DNA of 64,000 nucleotides from positions 96,001 to 160,000 of the forward strand of contig OZ219801.1 in assembly GCA_964291655.2 (NCBI GenBank). Reading direction: 5' to 3'. The position numbers were made by a program, and so were the translations under genes. Shown here in pieces: positions 29,830-40,418 of the stretch. Each line of letters begins with the position of its first letter. The first letter of the stretch is position 1. The DNA is from Chloroflexota bacterium. GTDB lineage: Bacteria > Chloroflexota > UBA11872 > VXOZ01. The notes below the pieces were generated by a model that searched no databases, was not told the origin of the DNA, and saw only the letters and a list, made by a program, of their open reading frames with translations.

Positions 29830-30885
29830 GTGCCTGCACCCTCATCTGACACAGCGCCCAATACCGCAGGGGATCACAAAGAACCCCCAATTCTGACCAC
29901 CGTGGTGGGGAGTTATCCGGTGCCCGGCTGGCTGCTCGCCATGCCCAGCAGATCGGCGCTGCGCGACGCCATGCTCGCAGTCTTCAAGACCCAGGAACTT
30001 GCCGGCATCGACGTGGTGACGGACGGCGAACTCTCCCGCTTCGACGTCAACCATCCGGAAACCCAGGGTATGATCGAATACTTTATTTCCCCCTTGTCGG
30101 GCGTAGACGTGGAGTTTAGTCGCGCTGATGTAGACGCTTTTCGTCAGCAGGCGGGCATGCAGTTTCGCAGACAGCCGGCGGGGGTCGTACGAGAGGCAAT
30201 TGGCGCGGGCACGCTTGACCTGCCGTCCGCCGCAAATGGTGTGACCTTCACCACGAGGCCCTACAAGTTCACGGTCACCAGCCCATACATGTTGGCGAAA
30301 TCTCTGCTTGACGTTCACTATCGCGACATTCGCCAACTGGCATTCGCGATTGCCGATGTCTTTCGGGAACAGGTCGCGGACCTCGATGCCGCCGTCCTGC
30401 AAATTGACGAGGCAAATCTGGTTGGCTCTCCGCAGGATGGCGAGTGGGCGGCCGACGTGCTCAACCACGTTTTTGCGGGGTTCAAAGGACAAAAAGGAGT
30501 GCATCTCTGCTTTGGCAACTACGGCGGCCAGACCGTTCAACAGGGCCTCTTCAAAGACCTGTTGCCCTTCTTCAACCGGCTCGCGTGCGACCATCTAATC
30601 TTGGAATTCGCCCGGCCCGGAGATTCCGAACTGCCGGTCTTCAAGGACTTGCAGCCCGCTGTGAGCCTGGGTATCGGCGTTATTGACATCAAGGACAACG
30701 CCGTGGAGACTCCGGACCTCATCGCCCGCCGCATCGAGCGCGCTGTCACCGTATTAGGCGCGGACCGCATCAAGTGGGTGCACCCGGACTGCGGCTTCTG
30801 GATGCTCTCGCGCATCGTGGCCGATCAGAAGATGGCTGCGCTGGTCGAGGGCCGTGACCTCTATCTCGGAAAGACACGCACCTAA
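29830..30885 (+). CDS. Cobalamin-independent methionine synthase II family protein (single-barrel MetE-like)
   Basis: TTVVGSYP, TDGE, QIDEA, HLCFGNY, HPDCGF zinc ligands; start uncertain (29809 or 29830). Confidence 0.88.
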   Translation: MPAPSSDTAPNTAGDHKEPPILTTVVGSYPVPGWLLAMPSRSALRDAMLAVFKTQELAGIDVVTDGELSRFDVNHPETQGMIEYFISPLSGVDVEFSRADVDAFRQQAGMQFRRQPAGVVREAIGAGTLDLPSAANGVTFTTRPYKFTVTSPYMLAKSLLDVHYRDIRQLAFAIADVFREQVADLDAAVLQIDEANLVGSPQDGEWAADVLNHVFAGFKGQKGVHLCFGNYGGQTVQQGLFKDLLPFFNRLACDHLILEFARPGDSELPVFKDLQPAVSLGIGVIDIKDNAVETPDLIARRIERAVTVLGADRIKWVHPDCGFWMLSRIVADQKMAALVEGRDLYLGKTRT

Positions 30886-30895
30886 GGAGTGACCA

Positions 30896-31954
30896 ATGGG
30901 AGAACAAGCGCGCGTAGCCGTTATCACCGCCCCATCGGGCACCATGCACGTCAGTGGTTTTCTGGAAATCCTGGCGGCGCTGCCTGAGGTCGCCCAGGTG
31001 GCGTTGGTGACGGACGGCGCCGACGACATAGAGACGCATGCGCAGGCGCATCTTGGCGCACGGCTCGTCGGCACGTTCGCGGATACGGATTCACTGTTTG
31101 CCGCCTTCCAACCGGACCTCGCCATTGTTAGTTTGGAACCACGCACCGCGCCTCCTGTCATTGCTGCCTGTGTTCGCCAGGGCAGCCACGTGCTTGCCGA
31201 GAAACCCGCCTGTCTGCATTGGGAAGATTTTGCGGAACTAGCTGCTCTGGCTGATGCGCAGCAACGCAATGTCGGCCTCGCCTTTGCCGCGCGGGGCTTT
31301 CCCTTCTTGCAAGACGCGAGAAGCCTCGTCGCCAACGGCACGCTCGGCAAGCTCTACGGCGTCGACACGTATTTCATCGCCGACCAGACACGCGTGCAGC
31401 AAGCTGAATGGCAAGCATCCTGGTTTTCGCAGCAGGCCTTCGCCGGTGGCGGCCACCTCATATGGCTTGGCATTCATTATGTCGATCTGTTGCACCATCT
31501 CACCGGACAGCGCATTGTCGAAGTCGCGGGCCTTACCGCGGTTGTCGGCGGTGCGCCCATCGATACGGAAGACGCCGCCGTCGCGGTGCTGCGTTTCGAG
31601 GACGGCATGGTCGGCACACTGACCTCGGCCTACTACGTGGACCGCAACAAGCAGTCGCACCTCCATCTCTGGGGTTCCGATGGCTGGCTGCGGGGAAGGC
31701 CCAACGATTGGGAGAGCCTGGAGTGGTATAGCACACATTCCGCCGAACGCTCCGCGCCCTACCGCACCATCCGGTACGATGCCCCGACAGACGACGCCGC
31801 GCCCACGTACTACGGATTGGTGCGGGCGGCGGTGCGCGGCGCCTTGGGACTGGAAGCACATCCGGTCGCCACGGCGGAGGCCCTGCACGTACTCAAGGTC
31901 GTCCACGCCATTTACCGCGCTGCGGAAACCGGCCAGACCCAGCGGGTTGAGTGA
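30896..31954 (+). CDS. Gfo/Idh/MocA family oxidoreductase
   Basis: HVLAEKP, GGGHLIWLGIHYVDL, TEDAA motifs. Confidence 0.88.
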   Translation: MGEQARVAVITAPSGTMHVSGFLEILAALPEVAQVALVTDGADDIETHAQAHLGARLVGTFADTDSLFAAFQPDLAIVSLEPRTAPPVIAACVRQGSHVLAEKPACLHWEDFAELAALADAQQRNVGLAFAARGFPFLQDARSLVANGTLGKLYGVDTYFIADQTRVQQAEWQASWFSQQAFAGGGHLIWLGIHYVDLLHHLTGQRIVEVAGLTAVVGGAPIDTEDAAVAVLRFEDGMVGTLTSAYYVDRNKQSHLHLWGSDGWLRGRPNDWESLEWYSTHSAERSAPYRTIRYDAPTDDAAPTYYGLVRAAVRGALGLEAHPVATAEALHVLKVVHAIYRAAETGQTQRVE

Positions 31955-32168
31955 CAAGGTCACGGAGATAGGAGTTCTTGATACCGCAAGAGAGCCAATT
32001 CATGACCATCATTGAAGTGATAGAGTCCCGTTTCCAAGTGGAGGAATTTAGAACCTGCCCAGTCATCACCTTGGGGTGAGGGTGAATCCCCACAACCCGG
32101 TCTACACGTACAGATTTGGCACTATGGCGCACAAGTCCTACCGGGAGTGGAAGGCACGTTGGCAAGAG

Positions 32169-32202
32169 CCCCTCACCCCAACCCTCTCCCCGAGGAGAGG
32201 GA
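32169..32202 (+). repeat. CCCTCACCCCAACCCTCTCCC..GGAGAGGG palindromic repeat
   Basis: Homolog at 23071-23105; partial inverted half at 32071-32084. Confidence 0.65.
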
Positions 32203-32289
32203 GTGATCTCTGCGTCTCCAGTCGAAGTTGTGCAAAGCATTACGCGTGAACTAATTCCAAGGTCTCCATAGGAAAAGAGGGAGTTGGCA

Positions 32290-33393
32290 ATGCAACGATA
32301 CCGGGCGGCGCTGATCGGCTGTGGGGGGATGAGCAAGTCGCACCTTCCCGCGCTTCACGAAGTTGGTGAGATAGACGTCGTTGCCGTCTGCGACATTGAC
32401 GAGGGCCGACTGCATGCAGTTGGCGACGCGTTCAACGTGGCAAACCGCTACACCGACTACCACGCCATGTTCGCAGCGGAGAAGCTGGACATCGTCGCCA
32501 TTGCTACGCAGGGACCCCAACACTGCGCCGCTACGGTAGCGGCGGCAGAGCATGGCGTCCACGTGCTTTGTGAAAAGCCCATGGCTCTCGACCTTGTTGA
32601 GGCCGATCAGATGGTGGAGGCTTGCGACCAGGCCGGCGTGAAGCTTGCCATTAACCATCAAGCCACGGTGCGCCCGTCCCTGCAACGCATGCGGTCCATG
32701 ATCGAAAATGGGGACATTGGTGACGTAGTCTTGGTGCGCGGTAACAACAAGAGCGGGCGCAAAGCCGGTAACGAACTTATGGAGATGGGCACGCACGTCT
32801 TCGACCGCATGCAGTTCTTAGGCGGAGCGCCGACCTGGTGCCTAGCCCACCTTACCTGGGAGGGAAGAGCCGCCACAATTGATGACGCCATGGATTCTCA
32901 GGAAATGAGTCCCAGAGACCGCGCCTCCGGTCCGGTGCTGGGCGAACGAGCCTATGCGCTGTTCGGCATGTCACGCGCACCGGTGGGTGAATGCCAGTTT
33001 CTGGGCTATGAGAAGACTGACAACCGGCTCTACAGCGTGGACGTGCTTGGTACTAAGGGGCAGCTATCCTTGCGCGGCACCGGCACGCGGCGGGGCAACA
33101 GCGATCTCTTCCACCTGCCCGTGCCGGCGTTCTATCCTGCTGATCTGCAGGATGCGCCTCAATGGCAGCACATAGCGGTGCCGGAAGAGCTCGACCCGCG
33201 ACTTGGCGAGCACAGCATTACCCCAATCCTGCAAGAGCTAATCAAGTCCATCGAGACCGGCAGTGATCACCCCTGCAGCGGCGAGGCGGGCCGCTACAAC
33301 CTGGAGATGGTGATGGCTATGTATACCTCGCACCTGAGCGGGCAACGTGTAAGCATTCCTCTCGCCGAGCGAGCACACCCCTTGTCTCCGTGA
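32290..33393 (+). CDS. Gfo/Idh/MocA family oxidoreductase
   Basis: ALIGCGGM, VLCEKPMA, MEMGTHVFD. Confidence 0.9.
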   Translation: MQRYRAALIGCGGMSKSHLPALHEVGEIDVVAVCDIDEGRLHAVGDAFNVANRYTDYHAMFAAEKLDIVAIATQGPQHCAATVAAAEHGVHVLCEKPMALDLVEADQMVEACDQAGVKLAINHQATVRPSLQRMRSMIENGDIGDVVLVRGNNKSGRKAGNELMEMGTHVFDRMQFLGGAPTWCLAHLTWEGRAATIDDAMDSQEMSPRDRASGPVLGERAYALFGMSRAPVGECQFLGYEKTDNRLYSVDVLGTKGQLSLRGTGTRRGNSDLFHLPVPAFYPADLQDAPQWQHIAVPEELDPRLGEHSITPILQELIKSIETGSDHPCSGEAGRYNLEMVMAMYTSHLSGQRVSIPLAERAHPLSP

Positions 33394-33504
33394 TTCTCGC
33401 GCAACGGGCCGTCTCGCTTCTCAAGCTCAGTATGATTCCATGGAGTGCTCTTGACACCTCTCTTACTTGCAGCTGGGGCGAGCATGAAGATACTTAACAA
33501 CAAA

Positions 33505-33541
33505 CCGCCCCAGGCAGGAATTCTGCCTAGGGCGGCATTTT
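33505..33541. terminator. Intrinsic terminator between convergent genes
   Basis: CCGCCCCAGGCAG..CTGCCTAGGGCGG hairpin then ATTTT. Confidence 0.6.
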
Positions 33542-33660
33542 GGATGCCTATTCCTCTTGGAGCGCTGTCAATGGCACTCCACAGCGCAGTAGACGATTGC
33601 CTCTAGGACTCTTGCCGAACGCGTCGTGCAGAGGCAAGGCCATCAATGATTGACTATCCC

Positions 33661-34473
33661 CTAAGGCCAATAGATCCGTATGGGGGCGCTCTCAACCGTA
33701 GCGCCGTTCGGCGTGAGAGCTCTCACTGTGATGATGAGATTGCTGCTTCCTTCCAAGATGTCGATTTTGCGTAACGTGAACGTGCCACCCACGTTCGCAA
33801 CGCCTGATGCTGCCTGGGCGCTATCCAGAACCCTTCCATCCGCACGGACAATATCAATTTTCGATGCATTTGTCACCGAAATGCTCAAGCTGACCGGATC
33901 CTCTGTGGCCCGATACGAGCCTTGACTATCCTCCGTTGCGGTCCCCTTCGCAGCAATGAACGTAAAGGTCACTCCACCATTTGCTGCCGTAGGTGACGGG
34001 AAGAAGGTTGGCTGGGTCGCGGCGGGAGCGGCGGTTGGAGTGGATGAACTCGATGCGAGTTCCTGGGGTACTCGGAGTGTCTGCCCTTCAAATATCGTAT
34101 TCGGATCAGCGAGGCAGTTCGCTGCCTGGACAATTGCCTGTGTGGAATCACTGCGCAGGGCGATGCTATAGAGCGTGTCTCCCGATTGTACGGTGTAGGT
34201 CGGCCAATCGGTACGTGGTGTGCAAGATGGCGGGGCGGTCGCGGCCTGCTGAGCCCGCGTCGGCAATGGCACTAATGTTGGCACCGGCGAGGCAGCAGGC
34301 GCCTCGGAGGTTTCTTGCGTTGGGCGAATGACCGTTGGGATGAATTCAGGAGTGGGCGTCTCTTCATCGGGGCCGTTCCCCACAAATGGGACGCAAGCGG
34401 TTGCTATGACCGCAAGTCCCAGCAACAAAAGCATGACCCGGAAGAAATTAAGGGGCATTTTCACTGGCGACAC
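33661..34473 (-). CDS. LysM-domain lipoprotein with Pro/Thr linkers
   Basis: ATAC lipobox; YTVQSGDTLYSIA..ANCLADPNTIFEGQTLRVP. Confidence 0.85.
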   Translation of the reverse strand: MSPVKMPLNFFRVMLLLLGLAVIATACVPFVGNGPDEETPTPEFIPTVIRPTQETSEAPAASPVPTLVPLPTRAQQAATAPPSCTPRTDWPTYTVQSGDTLYSIALRSDSTQAIVQAANCLADPNTIFEGQTLRVPQELASSSSTPTAAPAATQPTFFPSPTAANGGVTFTFIAAKGTATEDSQGSYRATEDPVSLSISVTNASKIDIVRADGRVLDSAQAASGVANVGGTFTLRKIDILEGSSNLIITVRALTPNGATVESAPIRIYWP

Positions 34474-34711
34474 TCCTCTTCTCGCAAGCTACCTACACCA
34501 CGGCCCGAAAGGTGCAAAGTAAAAACATCCCTCGGGACTGACTTTGTGAGAATGATCCACCAACCTAAACCACGCTGAGACCAGGGCAGGTGGTGGATAC
34601 AAAACAACTAAACAGACGCTCTGTGGGACTGACGAATCAGAGAGCTATATATATGATGCCTGGAATGGCTGCACATTACAAGCGAACCGCAGAATCCGGC
34701 GCATGACGGCC

Positions 34712-35665
34712 CTACAGCAAGGACCGGGCTTTCGCCACAATGTGTTGAGCGGTCAAGCCATACTTCTGCAGGAGCGCTGACGCATCCCCGGACTCAGCGT
34801 AGGTGTTCTCAACTCCGACGAATGCCATTGCGCAGGGGGCATGCTCGGCAACCGCCATTGCCACGACACTACCGAGACCGCACTGAACCAGATGTTCCTC
34901 AGCAACTACGATCTTGCCTGTTTCACGCGCCGCTTTCGTCACGGCTGCCACGTCCAGCGGTCGCACCGTGTGCATGTCGAGCACACGAGCCTGGACACCC
35001 TCCGCGGCTAATGTCTGTGCTGCCTCCAACGCGGCAGCAACCATGATGCCGTTACTAATGAGCGTAATGTCCCCGCCGCTGCGCAATTCGTTCGCCTTGC
35101 CCAGCGTGAAATCAGGATTGTCCCCGTAAGTGACGGGCACGTCCGGCCGACCCACGCGCATGTATGCGGGACCCTCTGCGCTCAACATCGCCGCAACCGC
35201 CTTATGGGTGGAGGGCTCATCGGCGGGTACGATCACGGTAAACGTCGGCAATCCCAACGCCAAAGCGACATCTTCGATAGCCATCTGCGACGGGCCGTCT
35301 TCACCGATGCTTATTCCTGCATGGCTGCCGACGACTTTTACATTGAGATTCGGGAAAGCAATCGACATGCGCAACTGGTCGTACCCGTTGCACATGATAA
35401 AGCAGGCGAAGCTGGCAATCACCGGCAGTTTTCCACACGCTGCCAAACCGGCGCCGATACCTACCAAGTTCGATTCCGCGATGCCGACATTGATGAAGCG
35501 TTCGGGAAACTCCTGCGCGAACCACTCGGTACGCGTGGAATTATTGACGTCGCCGTCCACGACGACAATATCGGGATTAGTCCTGCCGGCCTCCCGCAAC
35601 GCGGCGCCAAACGCATCGCGAGTCGCCTTGCCCATCTTGAGATTGACTTCTGGTTCTACTGCCAT
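34712..35665 (-). CDS. Transketolase C-terminal subunit
   Basis: ATRDAFG, NVGIAESN, HAGISIGEDGPSQ, AEEH. Confidence 0.92.
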   Translation of the reverse strand: MAVEPEVNLKMGKATRDAFGAALREAGRTNPDIVVVDGDVNNSTRTEWFAQEFPERFINVGIAESNLVGIGAGLAACGKLPVIASFACFIMCNGYDQLRMSIAFPNLNVKVVGSHAGISIGEDGPSQMAIEDVALALGLPTFTVIVPADEPSTHKAVAAMLSAEGPAYMRVGRPDVPVTYGDNPDFTLGKANELRSGGDITLISNGIMVAAALEAAQTLAAEGVQARVLDMHTVRPLDVAAVTKAARETGKIVVAEEHLVQCGLGSVVAMAVAEHAPCAMAFVGVENTYAESGDASALLQKYGLTAQHIVAKARSLL

Positions 35666-36480
35666 CCGAGTTCCTCCAAGGCACGTTGCTCTTCTTCCTT
35701 GGTAAGCGATTTGCCATGATATGAATAGTCTGCTTCAACGAAAGAGACGCCTTTGCCCTTGACCGTATGGGCGACAATGCAAGATGGGCGTCCCTCGGTG
35801 GACTTGGCTCGCTGCAATGCTTGCACCACGGCGGATGTGTCGTGACCGTCAATTTCCTGAACATCCCATTGAAAGGCCCGCCACTTTTCCGTCAGCGGCG
35901 AGTAGTCGAGCACGTCTCTCACCCAGCCGGTCTGCTGGGCTTTGTTGTGGTCCACAATGGCGGTCACGTTGTCGAGGTTATAGTGAGCCGCCGTCATGGC
36001 AGCTTCCCAAATCTGCCCTTCGTCCAGTTCCCCATCACCCAATATGACGAAAACGTGGAAATCTCTATTCTCGATGCGGGCTGCGAAGGCATGTCCCAAG
36101 CCTAGCGAGAGTCCCTGACCCAGAGATCCGGTACTAGCTTCTACACCGGGCAGGCGGGTCATGTTGGGATGCCCCTCGAGCGGGCTGCCAATCTGCCTAA
36201 GGGTTGCCAGCAGGTCCGTTGAGAAATACCCGGCCTGCGCCAAGACAACATAGAGCAACGGGCTCGCGTGGCCTTTACTCATGATCAAGCGATCACGATC
36301 ATGCCATTGCGGATTTGCGGGATCATATTGCATGATGCCGCCGAAATACAATGCAGCCATGATCTCTACGCCGGAGAGCGAGCTTGACGGGTGCCCTGAC
36401 CCTGCTATTGTCGTGCAGGTGATGATGTCGCGGCGGATTAGTCGAGCTTGTTCTTCTAGATCTTCGATTGACATCTTCAT
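35656..36480 (-). CDS. Transketolase N-terminal subunit
   Basis: SGHP, SKGHASP, STGSLGQG, GDGELDEG, HTVKGKG. Confidence 0.92.
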   Translation of the reverse strand: MKMSIEDLEEQARLIRRDIITCTTIAGSGHPSSSLSGVEIMAALYFGGIMQYDPANPQWHDRDRLIMSKGHASPLLYVVLAQAGYFSTDLLATLRQIGSPLEGHPNMTRLPGVEASTGSLGQGLSLGLGHAFAARIENRDFHVFVILGDGELDEGQIWEAAMTAAHYNLDNVTAIVDHNKAQQTGWVRDVLDYSPLTEKWRAFQWDVQEIDGHDTSAVVQALQRAKSTEGRPSCIVAHTVKGKGVSFVEADYSYHGKSLTKEEEQRALEELGWQ

Positions 36481-36961
36481 CGATACACCCACTGCCTTGA
36501 AAATCCTTCTGCTACCTTCACTCTGACGTCGTGTTCCCGGCGGAGAACCATCCGCGTCCAATGCGCCTTGGTATACTTCCGGGACAGGAGGCTTATTCTT
36601 CTCGAGAAGAAGCACACACACTCACACTATTGTAGCGTTTACGCGCCGGGGGCGCGAGCGCTTCCGGCCAGTCTCCTATTTCAGCCCCTTCCCAGTCGCC
36701 CTGCCACTGAACGTGCACCCCTCGCTTCCCTTGCGGAGACAATTCAAGCCGCACAGACAATTCGGCACTTGAGTGCAGAGGGCACTGTGGGAAAATCGTA
36801 GCGTGCATCCCCTTGCGGCCTGGACGTGTACGCCAGTGCTATACTTGAGCCGACGTGAGTGCTAAGAATTGATTCTCAAGAACTGTGCCAATGACTATTC
36901 GCTTGTCCGGTGAGTGTAGCAGGCAAGAACAGGACTCTAGGTTTACGGCCTGGCTCTCCGC

Positions 36962-37849
36962 TTGCACGATCTGAATCGAGAGGACCCCCATCCCTTGGCT
37001 ACGTCTGAGTCCACCCCCGAGACCAACCAACCTAAGACTCGCGCCTTTCCCAACGTCTGGCAGGCCCTGGTTTTACTCGGCCTGCTTTTGATTCTGCAGT
37101 TGGGCGTGACTGTGGTAGTAGGCTTCTACCTTTCCCTTCAGTCGATTCCGATGCAGGAGTTGTCCACGGTGCTTGCAATGGTGAACCTTTCCACCTTTGG
37201 CGCCGTCGTAATCTTGGGTACGGCATGGTCTCGCGTTTCGGCCCGCCAACTCTTCTATCTGCGGGGATTCTCCCCCATGCTGATCCTGCCGATGTTCGTG
37301 ATGATGCTTGGCCTCATCATTGTCGTATCGGAACTCGATAACGTCCTCCAACGTTTCCTTCCGATACCGGACTGGCTCATAGAGATGCTTGGCGAGCTTG
37401 GTCTTGGCGAGGGCTTCGCCCTTGGCACCTTCATTGTGCTGGTTGTTGTCGCGCCAATCACCGAAGAACCACTGTTCCGCGGCATCCTGCTCCATGGCTT
37501 CACGCGCAACTACGGTGCGTGGTGGGCGGTGATAGTTACCGCTTTCCTATTTGGTGCTATTCACATGAATCCCTGGCAATTCGTAGGCGCTTTTTTCCTG
37601 GGGCTTGCGTTTGGGTGGTGGACGTTGGAGACGCGGTCTATTCTGCCGGCGATCCTCGGCCACGCTATGAACAATGGCATGGTCGTCATTACGGTCGACG
37701 TGTTAAGCGTGGAGATTCAAGGTTTCAATGCCTGGGAAGAAGGGGTGCAGACTCACCAGCCGTGGTGGTTCACACTCTCAGGCGTTATTTTGCTCGTAGT
37801 CGGAGCGGGGATTCTGTACCAGCTATGGTTGCAGGAGCGCCAGACCTGA
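36962..37849 (+). CDS. CPBP (CAAX/Abi) intramembrane metalloprotease
   Basis: APITEEPLFRG, FGAIH, HAMNN; multiple TM segments. Confidence 0.9.
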   Translation: MHDLNREDPHPLATSESTPETNQPKTRAFPNVWQALVLLGLLLILQLGVTVVVGFYLSLQSIPMQELSTVLAMVNLSTFGAVVILGTAWSRVSARQLFYLRGFSPMLILPMFVMMLGLIIVVSELDNVLQRFLPIPDWLIEMLGELGLGEGFALGTFIVLVVVAPITEEPLFRGILLHGFTRNYGAWWAVIVTAFLFGAIHMNPWQFVGAFFLGLAFGWWTLETRSILPAILGHAMNNGMVVITVDVLSVEIQGFNAWEEGVQTHQPWWFTLSGVILLVVGAGILYQLWLQERQT

Positions 37850-37979
37850 TAGCGCCTTCACCCGGCGCCAGCCCTTCTCGTTGTGAGACTCGCGTTTCGT
37901 ACGCTCGTGCATGAAGAGTCGCCAACGTCGGCCAGTACGAGATTGCTCTCTCTTACAGCGGATCGGTAGCAGGATTTGA

Positions 37980-38336
37980 CTAACGCGAGCGCCACAACCA
38001 GAGAACGTTGATGAAGAAGACCATTCCCAAAACGGCATAGAAGCCGTTTGCGCCAGCCACGATCGCGCCGACGATCACCAGCGGCACGCCAAAGCCCAAC
38101 ACGGGCATCGCCACTTTGAGAAAGGCCTCCGCGTCGGATCTTGCCTGCGTGCGTGCCTGGATCATAGCAACCTCGATGCGCTCGTTGATGTGGGAATCAA
38201 TGCGCTCCATTAGCGCCGCCACGATGTGATCGTCATAGTGCTCGCCCAGCTCGCGGCGGGTGGCCACTGTAGACCTCAGCTCATCTTTCAGCCGGGCTGT
38301 TTCCGCGGGATCCTGCGGCCGAAACTTACTTGCCAT
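37980..38336 (-). CDS. Small hypothetical membrane protein
   Basis: AAGGA RBS; helical N-domain (RRELGEHYD) plus two C-terminal TM helices. Confidence 0.65.
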   Translation of the reverse strand: MASKFRPQDPAETARLKDELRSTVATRRELGEHYDDHIVAALMERIDSHINERIEVAMIQARTQARSDAEAFLKVAMPVLGFGVPLVIVGAIVAGANGFYAVLGMVFFINVLWLWRSR

Positions 38337-38447
38337 CGGCTGGCTTCCTTTGTACTCCGCGCCGCCATGCCTCCTCCGGTAAACCACGACCCCATCATAA
38401 CGCAATTGACGGAACTCGAGGTGAGAAGCCTCTAGGTTTTGTCCTGC

Positions 38448-39587
38448 TCACAGCAATGCTCCCTCGTCATGCAACCGCCACGCAGCATCAACGAGCGCCC
38501 AGAGGCCCCCGCTTACCGCCGCATTGCCGCCCAGCACCACAGGATAGCCTGCGTCCCACGCTGCGCCTGCAAAGTCTTGTGTCGATTCATCCTCGATCTC
38601 GCTAACCAGTCCCATGTCTGCAGCAAACCTATCATGTCCGTTGACCTGCCCTCCGCCGTGCGCAAACAGCACGCGCGAGTCGAGAAAGAGGGCGTCTCCC
38701 ATCTGCGAGAACGCGTCAAAGAAAGCCCGAGGCCCTACTTCCTCTAAGTAAAACCCCAGCAATGAGCGCACCGGCCGTGCGCTTGTGCTCATGCCCCGTT
38801 CTTCGGAATAGACGCGGATGCGGCACGCCATGTCCCGCCTGAGCAACGGCCAGAGCTGGGCGCTAACGCGCCCGGCCAAAACGACCTCTTCATGCGGCCG
38901 CACGAAGGAAGGCATTGCATCGCGCAGACGCGAGCTTAAGGAGAGCAGTGGCCGGCTAACAGATTGCTGTGCAATATAGGCGCGGGCCACCGGACCGCAA
39001 AGTGGATGAAGCCCGAGCATGGCAAGATCAGTAGGGGTGTCGATATCGAACATTGCGGCAATTGCGGGTTCCAGCGGTTCATGGCGCAGACTTGCTTCCA
39101 GGACCAGTTGCCGCGCCAGGCCGTTATCACGTGTGCGCGGCAGATCGACAGCGGTAAGGGCGTTCGCAGGATGAAATCCGATGAAGTCTGCCGAAAAGAA
39201 GTTGTTCGCAATCAGCCCATGGTCCAGGAGCGCAACCGCGTCGCGCAGGGCTGCCAATTCGCCAACGGAGAGCAGGGGACCGCTGCCTCCGCCGATATAG
39301 AGGACGCGTGATATGCAGTGTCGTGCGACGATTCCCGCGAGGGTATTGCCAAAGTGAAAGCACCGCGCGTCCGCGGTTGGCTCAATGATGACTTCCGGCG
39401 CAATGCCCCTGCACGCCTCCGCCCGCGAAGTTGCAAGGATGATTGGCGCAAATCCCCCGGCCGTCTGAGCCTTGGCAATTAAGTCTTGAGCAATGGCAAG
39501 ATGGCTATCAAAGACCAATTGCTCCAGCGCGGTGGCGCCTTCCTTGCCGGCAAAGAGTACGAGACCGACGTCATCAGCCATACGCAA
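38448..39587 (-). CDS. Hypothetical nucleotidyltransferase-like (CofC/GT-A fold) protein
   Basis: Long ORF; FDIDTPTDL motif, GGGSGPLL. Confidence 0.6.
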   Translation of the reverse strand: MRMADDVGLVLFAGKEGATALEQLVFDSHLAIAQDLIAKAQTAGGFAPIILATSRAEACRGIAPEVIIEPTADARCFHFGNTLAGIVARHCISRVLYIGGGSGPLLSVGELAALRDAVALLDHGLIANNFFSADFIGFHPANALTAVDLPRTRDNGLARQLVLEASLRHEPLEPAIAAMFDIDTPTDLAMLGLHPLCGPVARAYIAQQSVSRPLLSLSSRLRDAMPSFVRPHEEVVLAGRVSAQLWPLLRRDMACRIRVYSEERGMSTSARPVRSLLGFYLEEVGPRAFFDAFSQMGDALFLDSRVLFAHGGGQVNGHDRFAADMGLVSEIEDESTQDFAGAAWDAGYPVVLGGNAAVSGGLWALVDAAWRLHDEGALL

Positions 39588-39809
39588 ATCACTTCCGCTG
39601 CGTTGTGTTGGCGGTTGCCACAGTATGGCTGGGCACTCTTACAGATCGCACACCGAATTACGAACTGTGGCCGAACTCTTCACCCGCCACACCAAGATTG
39701 CGACGCGAGACTAGTTCTGTTGCTTGCACCGCAATGGCTTACAGCCCTCATGCAATTACGAACTACACCAAACGCGGACAACCCATCGTGACGATTGCCC
39801 AACCCTTGC

Positions 39810-39834
39810 GGTAGTGCAGGTTTGCTACCTGGGC
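39810..39834 (+). repeat. Degenerate GTAG REP (family A)
   Basis: GGTAGTGCAGGTTTGCTACCTGGGC. Confidence 0.6.
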
Positions 39835-40025
39835 TCATGCGGCAGCGTGACTCTCGCCGGATCGCAGACCTACTCTTGGCAAGAGTCCGGCCCTACTCAC
39901 GTAAAGTCCCGCCACCTGTGCGCGTGTGCCACACACAAACAGCCGCCAGATGAATTACCAAAGTACTCATCCAGCGGCAATCGAGTATCGCATTGCCAAA
40001 GCATTTTCACGCAATGGCAAAGAAC

Positions 40026-40337
40026 CTACATGTACCCATACTCCATGCGGATCTCTTCGGACATCATTTCCGGCGACCACGCCGGGTCCCAGACGATTTC
40101 CACTTCCACTTCCTCCACGCCCTCAAGGTCTTCGACTACCTGATTGACCTGGGCAATGATGTACGGTCCCGCTGGACAACCGGGAAACGTGAGCGTCATC
40201 TTGATCCCAACGTTGTTGTCATCGGCAGTGGTGTTGATCTCGTAGATTAACCCCAAATCAACAATGTTGACGCCCAGTTCAGGATCGATGACTTCCTTCA
40301 GGCCTTCACGAATTACGTCTTCAGCAACAATAGCCAT
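40026..40337 (-). CDS. Metal-sulfur cluster assembly factor (DUF59/SufT-like)
   Basis: VIDPELGVNIVDLGLIY, MTLTFPGCP, VWDPAWSPEMMS. Confidence 0.92.
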   Translation of the reverse strand: MAIVAEDVIREGLKEVIDPELGVNIVDLGLIYEINTTADDNNVGIKMTLTFPGCPAGPYIIAQVNQVVEDLEGVEEVEVEIVWDPAWSPEMMSEEIRMEYGYM

Positions 40338-40418
40338 GTATTTTTCTCCTGGCTCCGATCTCTGTCGTGCCTCTATGGACCATAGTAACAACCGCAAGCG
40401 CGACCCGGCAATGTTGGG

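Noticed and set aside
29640-29830. SAM or cobalamin riboswitch upstream of the MetE-like gene
   Set aside because: No conserved riboswitch core recognisable by eye
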